NCBI GenBank assembly: GCA_963768425.1
Contig: CAVYHV010000017.1
Coordinates: 64,001 to 128,000, forward strand
Direction: 5' to 3'
Length of the DNA stretch: 64,000 nt
Source of the DNA: Candidatus Bathyarchaeota archaeon
GTDB taxonomy: Archaea > Thermoproteota > Bathyarchaeia > Bathyarchaeales > Bathycorpusculaceae
The notes beneath the pieces were generated by a model. That model saw only the letters and a list, made by a program, of their open reading frames with translations, was not told the origin of the DNA and did no database searches. Below, piece by piece: positions 39,687 through 49,896 of this stretch. Position 1 is the first letter of the stretch. Every line of letters starts with the position of its first letter. The translations under genes and the position numbers were made by a program.

Positions 39687-40866
39687 TCTCTTCCTCACCT
39701 AAAACTTCATCCAGCACAGCTACCACAAGATCGATTTGATCCTTTTGAATAACTAGAGGCGGCAACATACGAACCACAGTTCGCCCTGCATCCAAGACTA
39801 AAACGCCCTTCGCAGCCGCCTTCACAATAACGTTCAAAACATCGAAGCGCAACTCCATCCCAAGCATCAAACCCAAGCCGCGAACTTCTTTAACGATTCT
39901 ATGCTTAGTATGCAACTTCTCTAATTCAGCCTTAAAGTAGCTACCCATTTCCAGGGCGCGTTCAGTCAAGTTTTCCTCGACAAGCGCCTCTATCGCTGCG
40001 CATCCAGCCGCACAGACCAGTGGGCTGCCGCTGAAGGTAGTTGAGTGCTCGCCAATTTTGAGGGCTGACATAACATTTTCTTTAGCTGCAGTTATGCCAA
40101 TGGGTAATCCACCTGCAAAAGGCTTAGCTAAACACATCACGTCGGGCGTTACATCCCAGTTCTGGCAACCGAACAGCTTGCCCGTGCGCCCGAAACTTGT
40201 CTGCACTTCATCAAGAATAAGCAAAACATTCTTCTCGTCGCAGATTTTCCGTACCTCTTGCAGGTAACCGTCAGGAGGAACCCTCACGCCGCCTTCCCCT
40301 CGAATAGGCTCCATAAGAACCGCCGCCGTTTTCTCGCTAATAGCTTCACGGATTTTGTCAGCGTTATCAGGGGCAACATGCTTTATTTCAGGAACCAAAG
40401 GCATGAAAGGCTCGCGGTATTTTTTATCCCATGTCGCCGAAAGGGCACCCATGGTTTTGCCGTGAAAGGCACCCATCAAAGCGATGATTTCAGGTTTGCC
40501 CATGTATTTACGGGCGAGTTTAATGGCGCATTCAACTGATTCGGCGCCGCTGTTGGACAGAAACACCTTGTCTAAGCCTTTCGGCGTTAGGTGCACAAGT
40601 TTTTTGACAAATTCTGCACGTCTATCGTTGTAGTAGGCTCCGTGACAAGTGATAAGCTGCTCTGCTTGAGCCTGAATCGCCGAGACAACTTTAGGGTGAC
40701 AGTGTCCCAGCAAAGCTACGCCGTAACTGGTTGAGCAGTCAACGTATTCTTTGCCGTTAATATCCCAAACTTTAGCGCCTTTGCCTTTTACAAGAACGAC
40801 TGGTTTTTTGGAGAAAACGTTTGCCATGAACCGCGTTTCAACATCAATTATTTCTCTTTCATTCAC
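39652..40866 (-). CDS. lysJ: [LysW]-aminoadipate/glutamate semialdehyde transaminase
   Basis: NSGAESVECAIK, FHGKTMGALS, EPIRGEGGV, DEVQT.FGRTG, AK..AGG. Confidence 0.88.
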   Translation of the reverse strand: MNEREIIDVETRFMANVFSKKPVVLVKGKGAKVWDINGKEYVDCSTSYGVALLGHCHPKVVSAIQAQAEQLITCHGAYYNDRRAEFVKKLVHLTPKGLDKVFLSNSGAESVECAIKLARKYMGKPEIIALMGAFHGKTMGALSATWDKKYREPFMPLVPEIKHVAPDNADKIREAISEKTAAVLMEPIRGEGGVRVPPDGYLQEVRKICDEKNVLLILDEVQTSFGRTGKLFGCQNWDVTPDVMCLAKPFAGGLPIGITAAKENVMSALKIGEHSTTFSGSPLVCAAGCAAIEALVEENLTERALEMGSYFKAELEKLHTKHRIVKEVRGLGLMLGMELRFDVLNVIVKAAAKGVLVLDAGRTVVRMLPPLVIQKDQIDLVVAVLDEVLGEEENERAGSSTISN

Positions 40867-41668
40867 CAGTTATCACCGTTCCAACCTTATGATTCAAAGC
40901 TGAACTGATGGGTTCATTTCCCGTGCCCGCCGTAACCAAAACCTCTTTAACGCCTTGGTTTAAAGCCTCCAGTGCTGCATGTACTTTGGTGCTCATGCCT
41001 TGCCCGATACTGGATAGGACCTCTTTAACTTCGATGGCGGCAATTTTGGGAACACACTCGCCGTGAAGCATCAAACCCTTTACATCCGTGAGAAGAACCA
41101 AACGGTCAGCCTTCAATGCGCCAGCGATTACAGCCGCTGTTCGGTCACCATCTACGTTGAGGGGCTCGTAGTCCTGACTGACCGCGATAGGCGTCACAAT
41201 CGGCACATATCCCTTTTCAAGCAGAAGAGTAAGCAGGCCGCTGTTAACCTCAGTTATCTTTCCTGTGTAGCCGCCGTCTATGATTTTTTTGCGTCCCCGC
41301 TCGTCAACGGCTATAAGTTTCGTTTTACGCTCAGCCTTCAACGTACCGGCATCCAACCCAGTTATTCCAACTGCATTTATACCCTGGCTTTGCAGGGCTA
41401 AGACGATTTGTTTATTGATTTTGCCAGCCATAACCATGGTGTAGATCTCTATAGTTTCTTTGTCGGTGTAGCGACTTCTGAACCCTTCTGGTGAAACGAT
41501 GAATTTCTGTTCCTTCCCAAGTTTGGAGGCTATCTCGGTGACTTCAACCCCGCCGCCGTGGACCAAAACCATCTTGTTGGTTTTCGACACCTCTTTCAGG
41601 TCAGCAACCAGGTCTTTAGATGCCCCTTCTTTGAGTATGCTTCCGCCTATCTTGATAACGAGCAACAT
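40859..41668 (-). CDS. lysZ: [LysW]-aminoadipate/glutamate kinase
   Basis: VIKIGGS, VHGGG, SPEGFRSRYTD, DGGYTGKI, LNVDGDR. Confidence 0.92.
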   Translation of the reverse strand: MLLVIKIGGSILKEGASKDLVADLKEVSKTNKMVLVHGGGVEVTEIASKLGKEQKFIVSPEGFRSRYTDKETIEIYTMVMAGKINKQIVLALQSQGINAVGITGLDAGTLKAERKTKLIAVDERGRKKIIDGGYTGKITEVNSGLLTLLLEKGYVPIVTPIAVSQDYEPLNVDGDRTAAVIAGALKADRLVLLTDVKGLMLHGECVPKIAAIEVKEVLSSIGQGMSTKVHAALEALNQGVKEVLVTAGTGNEPISSALNHKVGTVITGE

Positions 41669-41673
41669 AGCTA

Positions 41674-42729
41674 TCACACCGGATGGAACCCTGTGCTCTT
41701 CAAGCCAACGGTCTCGTCAATGCCTAGCTGTATGTTCATGCATTGCACGGCTTGGCCTGCGGCGCCTTTAGTCATGTTGTCGATTGCTGAGAAAAGCAGA
41801 AGCCGATTCGCATGCTCGTCGATTTCGAAGCCGACGTCGCAGAAGTTTGTTCCTAAAGTCACCTTCGGATCAGGCAGTTGATAAGGACCCTTCTGATACT
41901 TTACCAAACGCACAAACGGCTCGTTCCCGTACATACCTCGCAGGGCTCGCCAAAGATCCTTGTTCTCCAGCTTCTGTTTGGGAAAAGTGTGAATAGTCGC
42001 CAAAATCCCGCGAACCATATTAACCGCATGCGGAGTAAACGAAATCTTAACGGGTTTACTACCCAACGCATTAAGTTCTTGTTCAACTTCGGCGGTGTGG
42101 CGGTGACCAGCCACCTGATAGGGGCGGACTCCACCGAATCGTTCAGGGTGATGGGACGAAGCGGTCGGTTTGCTACCTCCGCCTGAAGAGCCAACCTTCA
42201 GGTCAACGACAATCTTGTCTTCATCAACCAGACCAGCCTTCACCACAGGCGCCAAACCCAGAATGGCTGATGTCGCCATGCAGCCTGGGCAAGCGATGAT
42301 TTTGCCGTTTTTGATTTCTTCGCGATGAAGTTCCGGCAACCCGTATACGGCGTCTTTGAGCATTTCGGGGTGTGCATGCTTCCACCCATAGTAGCTTTCA
42401 TAGTCAGCTGGGTTTTTGAGGCGGAAATCAGCGCTCATGTCAATTACTTTTAATCCAGCGTCTAAAAGTTTAGGCACAAGATTAACCGAGCCCCCATGCG
42501 GCGTTGCCGTGAATATTAAATCGCAGTTTTTCTGCAGCTCAGCAACGTCTAAGGGTACAAATTTCAGCTGTGTTAAGCCTCGCAGGTTGGGGTGAACGTT
42601 GAAAACATATTCTCCTGCGCTTTGCCGTGAAGTAACCATAGTGACCTCTGCTTGGGGATGAAGAAGCAGCAGCCGCAACAGTTCGCTGCCAACGTAGCCT
42701 GAACCGCCGATTATTCCAACTCGCACCAT
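41674..42729 (-). CDS. lysY: [LysW]-aminoadipate/glutamate phosphate reductase (ArgC family)
   Basis: GGSGYVG.ELLRLL, SADFRL, YGLPELHR, PGCMAT, HHPER, IDNMTKGAAGQA. Confidence 0.92.
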   Translation of the reverse strand: MVRVGIIGGSGYVGSELLRLLLLHPQAEVTMVTSRQSAGEYVFNVHPNLRGLTQLKFVPLDVAELQKNCDLIFTATPHGGSVNLVPKLLDAGLKVIDMSADFRLKNPADYESYYGWKHAHPEMLKDAVYGLPELHREEIKNGKIIACPGCMATSAILGLAPVVKAGLVDEDKIVVDLKVGSSGGGSKPTASSHHPERFGGVRPYQVAGHRHTAEVEQELNALGSKPVKISFTPHAVNMVRGILATIHTFPKQKLENKDLWRALRGMYGNEPFVRLVKYQKGPYQLPDPKVTLGTNFCDVGFEIDEHANRLLLFSAIDNMTKGAAGQAVQCMNIQLGIDETVGLKSTGFHPV

Positions 42730-42754
42730 TTTTCAGTCTTCCTTTGTCATACTA

Positions 42755-43954
42755 TTAATGATCAATCAAGCTTTGAGCACCCTTCAGGAGGGAAACTGCA
42801 ACGTTAAGACCAGTTGCAAGCCGAGTGTTCTCCCAGAACTCGGGACACGAATTTGATTCATGAAACACAAGGGCGCTCTTATTTTTTTCTACACTCTCTT
42901 CAATGACATTCTTAACATTTTCGTAACAGTCACTGTTCGCATAAACCTGAAAAGCCTTCTCAAGCTTCATGGTCCAAACTGGGAAATCGGTCAAGCGCAT
43001 TTCATCTTGCTTAACCTTCTGAACGGGCAAAAACGCTTGCCCAGCCTTATCCAACTGACCCTTTACGTAAGCATCATCGACGGTTTTGTTTTCTTCAACG
43101 TTCACCATCGCGTCCAAAGCAAAAATCCACGCTTCGCTGCCTTTGCCAAGGGTCTTGCCACATCTCACAGCGGTTTCTTGAACACTTTTTGGAAGTTTGG
43201 CACCGAAAACCAAGTTGCCGAGAAAAGTGTTTGTTCTGAAATCTTTGAAGCCAGCACGGGCCATCGAAGTTGGGTAGCAAACGGGTTTTTTGCCTTTTTC
43301 CTTTGAAACGATTATCCTCAGATCGTAAAACCATTTTTCAACGAGTTCCTGCGCAACCACGCCGACTGGGTTGATGATTGACGGTTTGGTTTCTTTGATG
43401 TTGGTGATAAGTTCGTCACTATTTTTTGCCAGCATAATCATTTTGCCGTGTGTTCCAGCGTCAGCCTTGATCACGATGCCTTTGGAGAGAGAGATTTCCT
43501 GCTGGAGAAGCTCTGCTATGTCTTTTTCGTTGTGGATTTCTTTACCGTTTTTGAGGGCGTCAGTCGGGTCGCATGGAACGTAAACTGTTTTGGGAATCGG
43601 CAAGCCTTCCTTCCAAAGATTAAGCAGCGTGCGAAGTTTGCTGTAGCAGACAAATTCGGCTTGAGATGTGTTGAGGGTTTTCTTGCCAAGTTGCTCCATG
43701 AGATATGAGGCTTGGAGTCTGCGGTTTTTGCTTTGCGCACGATTAAGCACTACCGCGATGTCTTTGATTATTCCAGTGTAATCCTTGCCCTTTGTTTTAG
43801 CCGCAAACCCTTCTTTAGAAATTGACAAAGCGATTTTTCTGAAGGGCAGAAAAGTCAAATCCACGCCTAATTGCTGCGCTGTGAGCTTAATGCCGTTTTC
43901 GTCGTTTTCAGAACGTTCATATAAAAGGGCAATGCTCAACGCTGTTTCCACCAA
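42755..43954 (-). CDS. lysX: Divergent, elongated LysX/ArgX-like ATP-grasp ligase
   Basis: Lies between lysW and lysY; GLPIPKT, QELVEK..YDLRI, FRTNT..G, HESNSCPEF (compare EVN..PEF). Confidence 0.72.
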   Translation of the reverse strand: MVETALSIALLYERSENDENGIKLTAQQLGVDLTFLPFRKIALSISKEGFAAKTKGKDYTGIIKDIAVVLNRAQSKNRRLQASYLMEQLGKKTLNTSQAEFVCYSKLRTLLNLWKEGLPIPKTVYVPCDPTDALKNGKEIHNEKDIAELLQQEISLSKGIVIKADAGTHGKMIMLAKNSDELITNIKETKPSIINPVGVVAQELVEKWFYDLRIIVSKEKGKKPVCYPTSMARAGFKDFRTNTFLGNLVFGAKLPKSVQETAVRCGKTLGKGSEAWIFALDAMVNVEENKTVDDAYVKGQLDKAGQAFLPVQKVKQDEMRLTDFPVWTMKLEKAFQVYANSDCYENVKNVIEESVEKNKSALVFHESNSCPEFWENTRLATGLNVAVSLLKGAQSLIDH

Positions 43955-44003
43955 AAAATGCTAAAAAATCAAGTAAAATGAAAGCTATAGCGATGAATAC
44001 TGC

Positions 44004-44177
44004 TTATTCTCCCCAGTCTTCCCCTTCAATCGTTAACTCTTGAAGGTCCACGCAGCCGCCTTTAACTTGTTTGACTTCAAGTTCAAGCCCGCAGCCCGGG
44101 CAACTGAGGATTTCTCCTTTCTCTGTGTCAACTGGAACATCAAGTTCTGCTTCACAGTCAGGACATTTTGCCTTCAT
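44004..44177 (-). CDS. lysW: Amino-group carrier protein LysW/ArgW
   Basis: CPDC...CPGCG.ELEV zinc ribbon and C-terminal EDWGE. Confidence 0.95.
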   Translation of the reverse strand: MKAKCPDCEAELDVPVDTEKGEILSCPGCGLELEVKQVKGGCVDLQELTIEGEDWGE

Positions 44178-44460
44178 GCATTGCGAATTTGAATTTACAG
44201 GTTTAATCATTTTGTATTCGTCACTTTATTTTTTCTATCGGAAATGACTTTTCCATTAATTCAATACCAAATTTAAACATTGTGACTAATTTGTTACAAC
44301 TTGAACTGCTAATGTTCCATTTGGTGCACCACTAAGCCAGCCACACGTAAAGAAACAGTAACCAAACATGCTAAACCTTAGCGAAAAACGCACTGCCAGC
44401 CAAGTGCTGTAAAGGGAAACGTTAAATTTTCCCCAAAACAATAACCCTACGGCGACACAG

Positions 44461-44871
44461 ATGGACGAGAAAGACAAAGAAATAATCAGGCTTCTAAGAG
44501 ATAACGCACGAGCAGGCTACGGAGAATTAGGTACGCAAATCGGGCTGTCAGAGGGCGCGGTTCGAAAGAGAATCAGAACATTAACCAATGAAGGAATAAT
44601 ACGTAAATTCACAGTTAAAATCAGCCTTGCAGAAGGCGCCCAAGCCATAACTCTGCTCACGGCAAACACAGCTTACCCAACGCAAGAAGTATCAAGGAAG
44701 ATTCAGGCAATCCCAAACGTGGAAACAACCTACGAAGTCAGCGGCGAATATGACATTGTCGCAGTTATCGGCGGCATGAACATGACTGAAGTCAACGAGT
44801 GCATCGAAAAAATCCGCATGGTTGAAGGCATCGTCAAAACCAACACAATGATCGTCTTACGCAGCTCATAA
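44461..44871 (+). CDS. Lrp/AsnC regulator (LysM-like), divergent from the lysW cluster
   Basis: MDEKDKEII..L..NAR, SEGAVRKRI, YEVSGEYDI. Confidence 0.9.
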   Translation: MDEKDKEIIRLLRDNARAGYGELGTQIGLSEGAVRKRIRTLTNEGIIRKFTVKISLAEGAQAITLLTANTAYPTQEVSRKIQAIPNVETTYEVSGEYDIVAVIGGMNMTEVNECIEKIRMVEGIVKTNTMIVLRSS

Positions 44872-45010
44872 GGCGCTTTTTCCCAATTTTTACTTTGGCA
44901 AAAGTTGTTTTCTATTCAGAGTGTTGATATGTTGAACAGATATTTAGTTGAGAACAGAATGAATAATGCTTATTAAGATTCACTATACATCTTTTGTTGA
45001 GAGAGCTAAA

Positions 45011-45655
45011 ATGAATGAAAAACTTCAAGAAAGCGCTCAATACCTCAAATGCTTCAGCAACCTAGAAATCGAAGCCTTCCGCGTTTACGAAGCAATGTCC
45101 AAGAAAATTAATCAACCCGAAAGCAGCTTTGTCTTAGGCTTAGCCTACGACAGCTTCAAATGCTCCAAAATCCTTCAGGGAATACTTAGCCACCTTAACC
45201 CCTCTGAAATCGAAAACACCGAATGCAAGAAAGAAATAACGGAGTTAGCCGCCGAAATCTCAACATTCACCAAGATAGTTTCAACCATCAACAATCTAAG
45301 CCCCCTTCTTAGCTGCGAAATACTTAGTGAACTAATCAACATGGAAGACCTCCTCAACGAAACATACGCAAATTACCTGCAATCCTCAACAACCAAGTTT
45401 GTTGCAGACGAATTTTCAGCGCTGATACCGCAGAGCTCAAACAATTTCAAGCGGATCTTCGAATGCTTCGTGGAAGAAAAAGAAGCACATCGTCAAACCC
45501 TCATCGAAGTCATCTACAACCTCGAATCCAAAGAAGCCGAAAGAGTCAGGCACGTGTCACCTGTCGTGAAATATCAAAACCCCGATGCTTGGTACCACGA
45601 ATCAACAATCCACGCCTTCACCAGAATCCCACTGAGAGCCAAAAACCAACCATAA
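45011..45655 (+). CDS. Hypothetical ferritin-like helical protein
   Basis: E...Y helix, IFE...EEKEAH motif, C-terminal PVVKYQNPDAW. Confidence 0.6.
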   Translation: MNEKLQESAQYLKCFSNLEIEAFRVYEAMSKKINQPESSFVLGLAYDSFKCSKILQGILSHLNPSEIENTECKKEITELAAEISTFTKIVSTINNLSPLLSCEILSELINMEDLLNETYANYLQSSTTKFVADEFSALIPQSSNNFKRIFECFVEEKEAHRQTLIEVIYNLESKEAERVRHVSPVVKYQNPDAWYHESTIHAFTRIPLRAKNQP

Positions 45656-45674
45656 GTCAAGTCTTCTTATGGCT

Positions 45675-45711
45675 ATAGTCCCTGTTGCTTAAGGTAACAG
45701 GGGCTATTTTT
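45675..45711 (+). terminator. Stem-loop followed by a T-run downstream of the 45011-45655 gene
   Basis: ATAGTCCCTGTTGC-ttaag-GTAACAGGGGCTAT-TTTT; 14-bp stem with two G-U pairs. Confidence 0.6.
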
Positions 45712-45960
45712 GGCTCCACAAACGTCCCTTTTGCCACCGCTCGGAAAATTCCTCTGTTTTTAGTTTTGCACTAGAATTGGTTGTTTGATTCTGCGCAAAT
45801 CTCTTCCTGGACTCAATTTGCCTAAGGGCGATACACGTTAGCTGCGAGGTTTTTCTTCTGCTTTTGGTTTTCACTTTCACTAACCTCTCCCCTTCCTCGA
45901 ACATTAGTTTCTCAGTTCACCTTTTAACCGCCGGCAACAATAAGCCGGCTTCACAGGTGA

Positions 45961-46185
45961 TTGACAATAAAAAAGAAAACAGTGCTTTTAGCCCCACAGG
46001 AGGAACTTCAGATTGACTTGACACTTCATGATGTTCCCGCTTCGCTGGTCAGCGAGTTTGCGGAAAAAATCGTGAGACTCTACTACAACGGCAACCTAAA
46101 CGCTGCCATACAAGACCTAATAAACAAAGCCCTCACGGAACAAGAATTCGTACACTCACACATAACCCATGTCAAAAACTTATAA
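45961..46185 (+). CDS. Small hypothetical protein, possibly ribbon-helix-helix
   Basis: IDLTLHDVPASLVSEFAEKIV..YYNGNLNAAIQDLINKAL; AGGTGA upstream. Confidence 0.6.
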   Translation: MTIKKKTVLLAPQEELQIDLTLHDVPASLVSEFAEKIVRLYYNGNLNAAIQDLINKALTEQEFVHSHITHVKNL

Positions 46186-46200
46186 ACAAACTATTTGCGT

Positions 46201-46911
46201 TTAGCCTTTCTTAATTTTCTCCACAGACCCAGCTGCCGTTCCTATGTAGACGAGGTCAGTTAAACCGACGAAAAAACCCGTTTCAACAACACCCGGAACC
46301 ATTTTGACTTTGACTTCTAGCTCCGCTGGGTTGGCGATTTCGCCGAAGTATGAATCTAAGATTGCGTTTCCGTTGTCCGTGATTGTTGGGCCAAGTTTAC
46401 CTTTGCCTTCCCGCAAAACAGGCTTGCCTCCATTTGCCATGATTTTTCGTTTAGCCAAAGAAATAGCGAAGGGCAAAACCTCAACTGGGACACTCTGACC
46501 TTTTTCGCCTAGCAACTTGACTTTCTTTTGCTCATCCGCAATAATAATGTTCAATTCTGAAGCGGCGGCCACTATTTTTTCTCTTGCCAGAGCAGCGCCC
46601 ATTCCTTTGATAAGATACAATTCTGGGGTCACTTGGTCGGCTCCATCTATTGTTAAGTCGACTTCGGGATGTTCATCTAAAGTTGTTATCGGGATTCCGC
46701 ATTCGACGGCCAGCAGGAAAGCTTGATATGAAGTGGGTATGCCCATCACATGCAGGTTTTCGAGTTTCACTCTTTCGCCTAACGCTTCTATGGCAAACGC
46801 GGCCGTGCTTCCACTGCCCAAGCCGACAATAAATCCATCGTTAACATGCTTAACAGCGGACAGCGCTGCATTCCTCTTTGCCTCTTGAATTGGATCAATG
46901 TTAGCTTTCAA
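46201..46911 (-). CDS. rpiA: Ribose-5-phosphate isomerase A
   Basis: GLGSGST, IDGADQV, IKG.GAAL.REKI, PVEV.P, PGVVETG. Confidence 0.96.
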   Translation of the reverse strand: MKANIDPIQEAKRNAALSAVKHVNDGFIVGLGSGSTAAFAIEALGERVKLENLHVMGIPTSYQAFLLAVECGIPITTLDEHPEVDLTIDGADQVTPELYLIKGMGAALAREKIVAAASELNIIIADEQKKVKLLGEKGQSVPVEVLPFAISLAKRKIMANGGKPVLREGKGKLGPTITDNGNAILDSYFGEIANPAELEVKVKMVPGVVETGFFVGLTDLVYIGTAAGSVEKIKKG

Positions 46912-47656
46912 TTTCCATCTGCCCCAGCTTATCTAAAACCTTCTCAACTTCACTTCGAATAACCTCAATTCTTTTCTCCGCCTCTGTTTTGGCATCAGGC
47001 TTCTCTTCAGGCGGCTTGCGTTTACGCTTCTGCTTTTCCTCAGCTGCTTCTGTTTCTTCCTCTTCTTCCTCCGCCGCCTCAGTTTTCTCCATTTGAGGAA
47101 CACCGACGGTTGTAGGCATCCTAACAGGTATCTCTTTGATAGGTTTGACGTCGATTCGAGTTCTTAGTTCCTCAACCTTTGACGTTAATTCAGTGAAACG
47201 TGAGCTGAAAAGTTTCATCAAGTCTTCCTGCATGTCTTCAAGGTCGTGCAATGCAACAATGGATTCATCTTTAGAGATGGATTCTTTAATCGACATCATT
47301 CTTGCCGTGTAAGTGCCAGCAAGCTTCTCGCGTTCTTGCTCATTGATCTTACCTTCAGCTTGTGCTTCATAAAGACGACGAATTGCATCGCCAAGAATTT
47401 CCCGCTCCAAATCCAGCATCCGCAACTCGTTTTTCGCGTTGGAAGCAGCTGATGCTTGGACACTCTTGGAGATTTTGAATGGTAAACCTGAATAATCAAG
47501 ATTCGGGTCGCCCACTAATGCCTGGGTCTGCTGGGGTTTTTTCTTGGGCGGGTTTTTGGCGCCGAGGCGTCTCATAGCGTAGATGACTACTCCGCATGCG
47601 AAAATTATCACTACCGCAACTGCAATGACCGTTAACGGATCGTCATACCAAGCCAT
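46901..47656 (-). CDS. Membrane-anchored coiled-coil hypothetical protein
   Basis: N-terminal TM, helical LEREIL..AI.RLYEA..EGKI segment, acidic/basic tail; overlaps the rpiA start. Confidence 0.7.
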   Translation of the reverse strand: MAWYDDPLTVIAVAVVIIFACGVVIYAMRRLGAKNPPKKKPQQTQALVGDPNLDYSGLPFKISKSVQASAASNAKNELRMLDLEREILGDAIRRLYEAQAEGKINEQEREKLAGTYTARMMSIKESISKDESIVALHDLEDMQEDLMKLFSSRFTELTSKVEELRTRIDVKPIKEIPVRMPTTVGVPQMEKTEAAEEEEEETEAAEEKQKRKRKPPEEKPDAKTEAEKRIEVIRSEVEKVLDKLGQMEIES

Positions 47657-47726
47657 GCCAAGCTGTCCTCGGTATCTTGATTATGTACCATTAATATATA
47701 AATTATACAAATGTAAGCGATTGTTT

Positions 47727-48559
47727 TCACTTCTGCGTGTGCAATGTTTTAAGCATGCTGCCTGACTGGTAACCGTCTAGATCAAATGTCACATATTTGA
47801 AACCCAGCTGTTTCAACCGCTCAGATACCTCATCCAAAACGTTGACGTTGCAGAAAGTGGCACGCTCCGTTTTTCCTACTTCTATTCTGGCTAAGCTATT
47901 GTGGTCCCTTACTCGAACCTGCTTAACCCCAGTTAACGCTTTCACTGCTTGCTCCGCCTTATCAATTCGATTCAACTTTTCAGCCGTAATTCTCTCGTTG
48001 AACGGGACCCTCGAAGCCAAACATGCAAGAGCAAGCTTATCGTGAACACTGAGTCCCATTTCTTTGGCTATTTGCCGAATTTCGCTTTTTGTAAACTTGT
48101 TTAGCATCCACGGGCTGCATACGTCTGTTGCTTCTTTGACCGCTTGGAACCCAGGTCTGTGATCATTTAGGTCGGAGAAGTTCGTACCTTCAAAAACTGT
48201 CTTGAAGCCGATTTCATGTGCGAAATCACTCAAGGTTTTTGAGCAGTTCTTTTTTGCAGTAGTAGCAACGGTTTTCTGGGTTTCGGCAAAAATTCTCGTT
48301 GGATAGCTCGTTGGTTTCTATGATGAATAGTTTGATGCCTATCTCTTTGGCTACTATCTTTGCATCCTCCAGCTCTTCAGAGGTGTAAGTGGGCGACTTT
48401 GCGATAACAGCAACTGTTTTTTCACCCAGAACCTCGCGAGTGACTGCTGCCAAAGTTGAACTATCTACGCCACCGGAAAAAGCGATGACAACACCATCTT
48501 TGCCAGTTTCCTTGATGAAACGTCGAAGCCTGCTCAAGTTTGCCGCTTAACTCTTCCAT
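47727..48559 (-). CDS. larE: ATP-dependent sacrificial sulfur transferase LarE, two frameshifts
   Basis: AFSGGVDSS, NPENRCYYCK, DHRPG, ACLASRVP, QVRVRDH, DLDGYQSGSM. Confidence 0.92.
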
Positions 48560-48564
48560 TGCGA

Positions 48565-49819
48565 TTACCTTTCTCGTAGAAAAATCTCTCTTGCCCGTGA
48601 AACCGCCATCTCTGAAAGTTCCCTTAGGGGCTTACTCGTTTTTTCCGCGAGTCTCTTGAGGTCATCGTACTCTGGTTTTAAGCGGATGATGTTGCCGTCT
48701 GTGTCTTTGGCGATTTTGACTTTTACAAATTCCTTTGATCCGCCGATAAGGATGTCTACAGAGCTTAGTTCCCGATTTATTATGTGCCGTTCACATGGGT
48801 AAACTCTGACGCCAAGAGTCCCTGTCTCTTCAATCAGCACGCGAGAGAGCCGTTTGGAATCTTTTTGGTCAGCAACCACCTTGATTATTTGCCCAGGCCT
48901 GTTCTTTTTGGTGAACATGGGAATAACGCTTACGTCCTTTGCCCCTTCAGCAAGAAGCCTGTCGACAGCGTGTCCTACGATTTCTCCTGAAACATCATCA
49001 ATGTTGGTTTCCAACACTGCAATCTGATCCTTCAACAAGCCATTCTCCAGAGGCTTTCCAATCACTATTCGGAGAACATTGGGGATTTCAGCAAAATCTT
49101 TGCCGCCTGCGCCGTACCCAACCCCCAGGGGAATCATTTCAGGGTAGAAACTGGTCAATTCCTGCGCCAAATTAACAATCAAAGAAGCCCCAGTAGGCGT
49201 AGCTAACTCTGACTCTACAGGTCCCCCTTTAATCGGGAAACTTTTCGATTGAAAAATAGCCAACGCAGCCGGTGACGGGCTTGAGACAGTGCCATGAGAG
49301 AACTGAAACAGCCCTCCGCCAACAGATACGGGTGTAGAAACGATCTTTGCATCGAAGAAGCCGAGCTCCTCCATAGCAACTGCTGACCCGATTATTTCCG
49401 CGGCGGTGTCGACCAATCCGACCTCATGCAGATGCGCGTCGGCTAAAGTGATGCCCATGAAGTTTCGTTTCCGCGTCAACGAGAGTGTGGATAACGTTTG
49501 AGGCGAACTGCCTTGCCTTTGCGGAAAGCCCTATTTTTTCCGCTGTTTTTTCGATTATCGTGATTAATTGTTTGCCGTCTTTTCTTGATTTTCCTTCGGC
49601 GGTAACGTCAACTTTGGTCGCTCTGAACCCCTTTCGCATAACCTGCTTGATATCTATTGTCACGTTTTTGTAGCCATACTCGGTGCTTTCCAAGCTTTTT
49701 ATTGCAGCGGTAACTTTATCCTGGTTTGCACCAAGGTCCAGCAACGCGCCTAGCATCATGTCTCCAGAAACTCCAGCGACCTGGCAATCAACGATAACTA
49801 TTTTAGAAAACTCAGCCAT
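48565..49819 (-). CDS. larC: Nickel pincer cofactor nickel insertase LarC, frameshift near 49455
   Basis: GVSGDMMLGALLDLG, HLHEVG..D, ELATPTGA, LETNIDD, KKNRPG, ETGTLGVR, KPEYDD. Confidence 0.93.
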
Positions 49820-49896
49820 TATGTTTCGACCGCTTGCAATATTGAAAACAGCAAAAACGATATATTACTTGTGGTTCTATGGCGAGTGATTAAGTC

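Noticed and set aside
49424-49479. larC split as the programmed frameshift known from Lactobacillus larC1/larC2
   Set aside because: The break is one extra base at a GGG within the N-terminal domain (LHG-ITLADAHLHEVG), not at the inter-domain junction, and the window has many similar errors.
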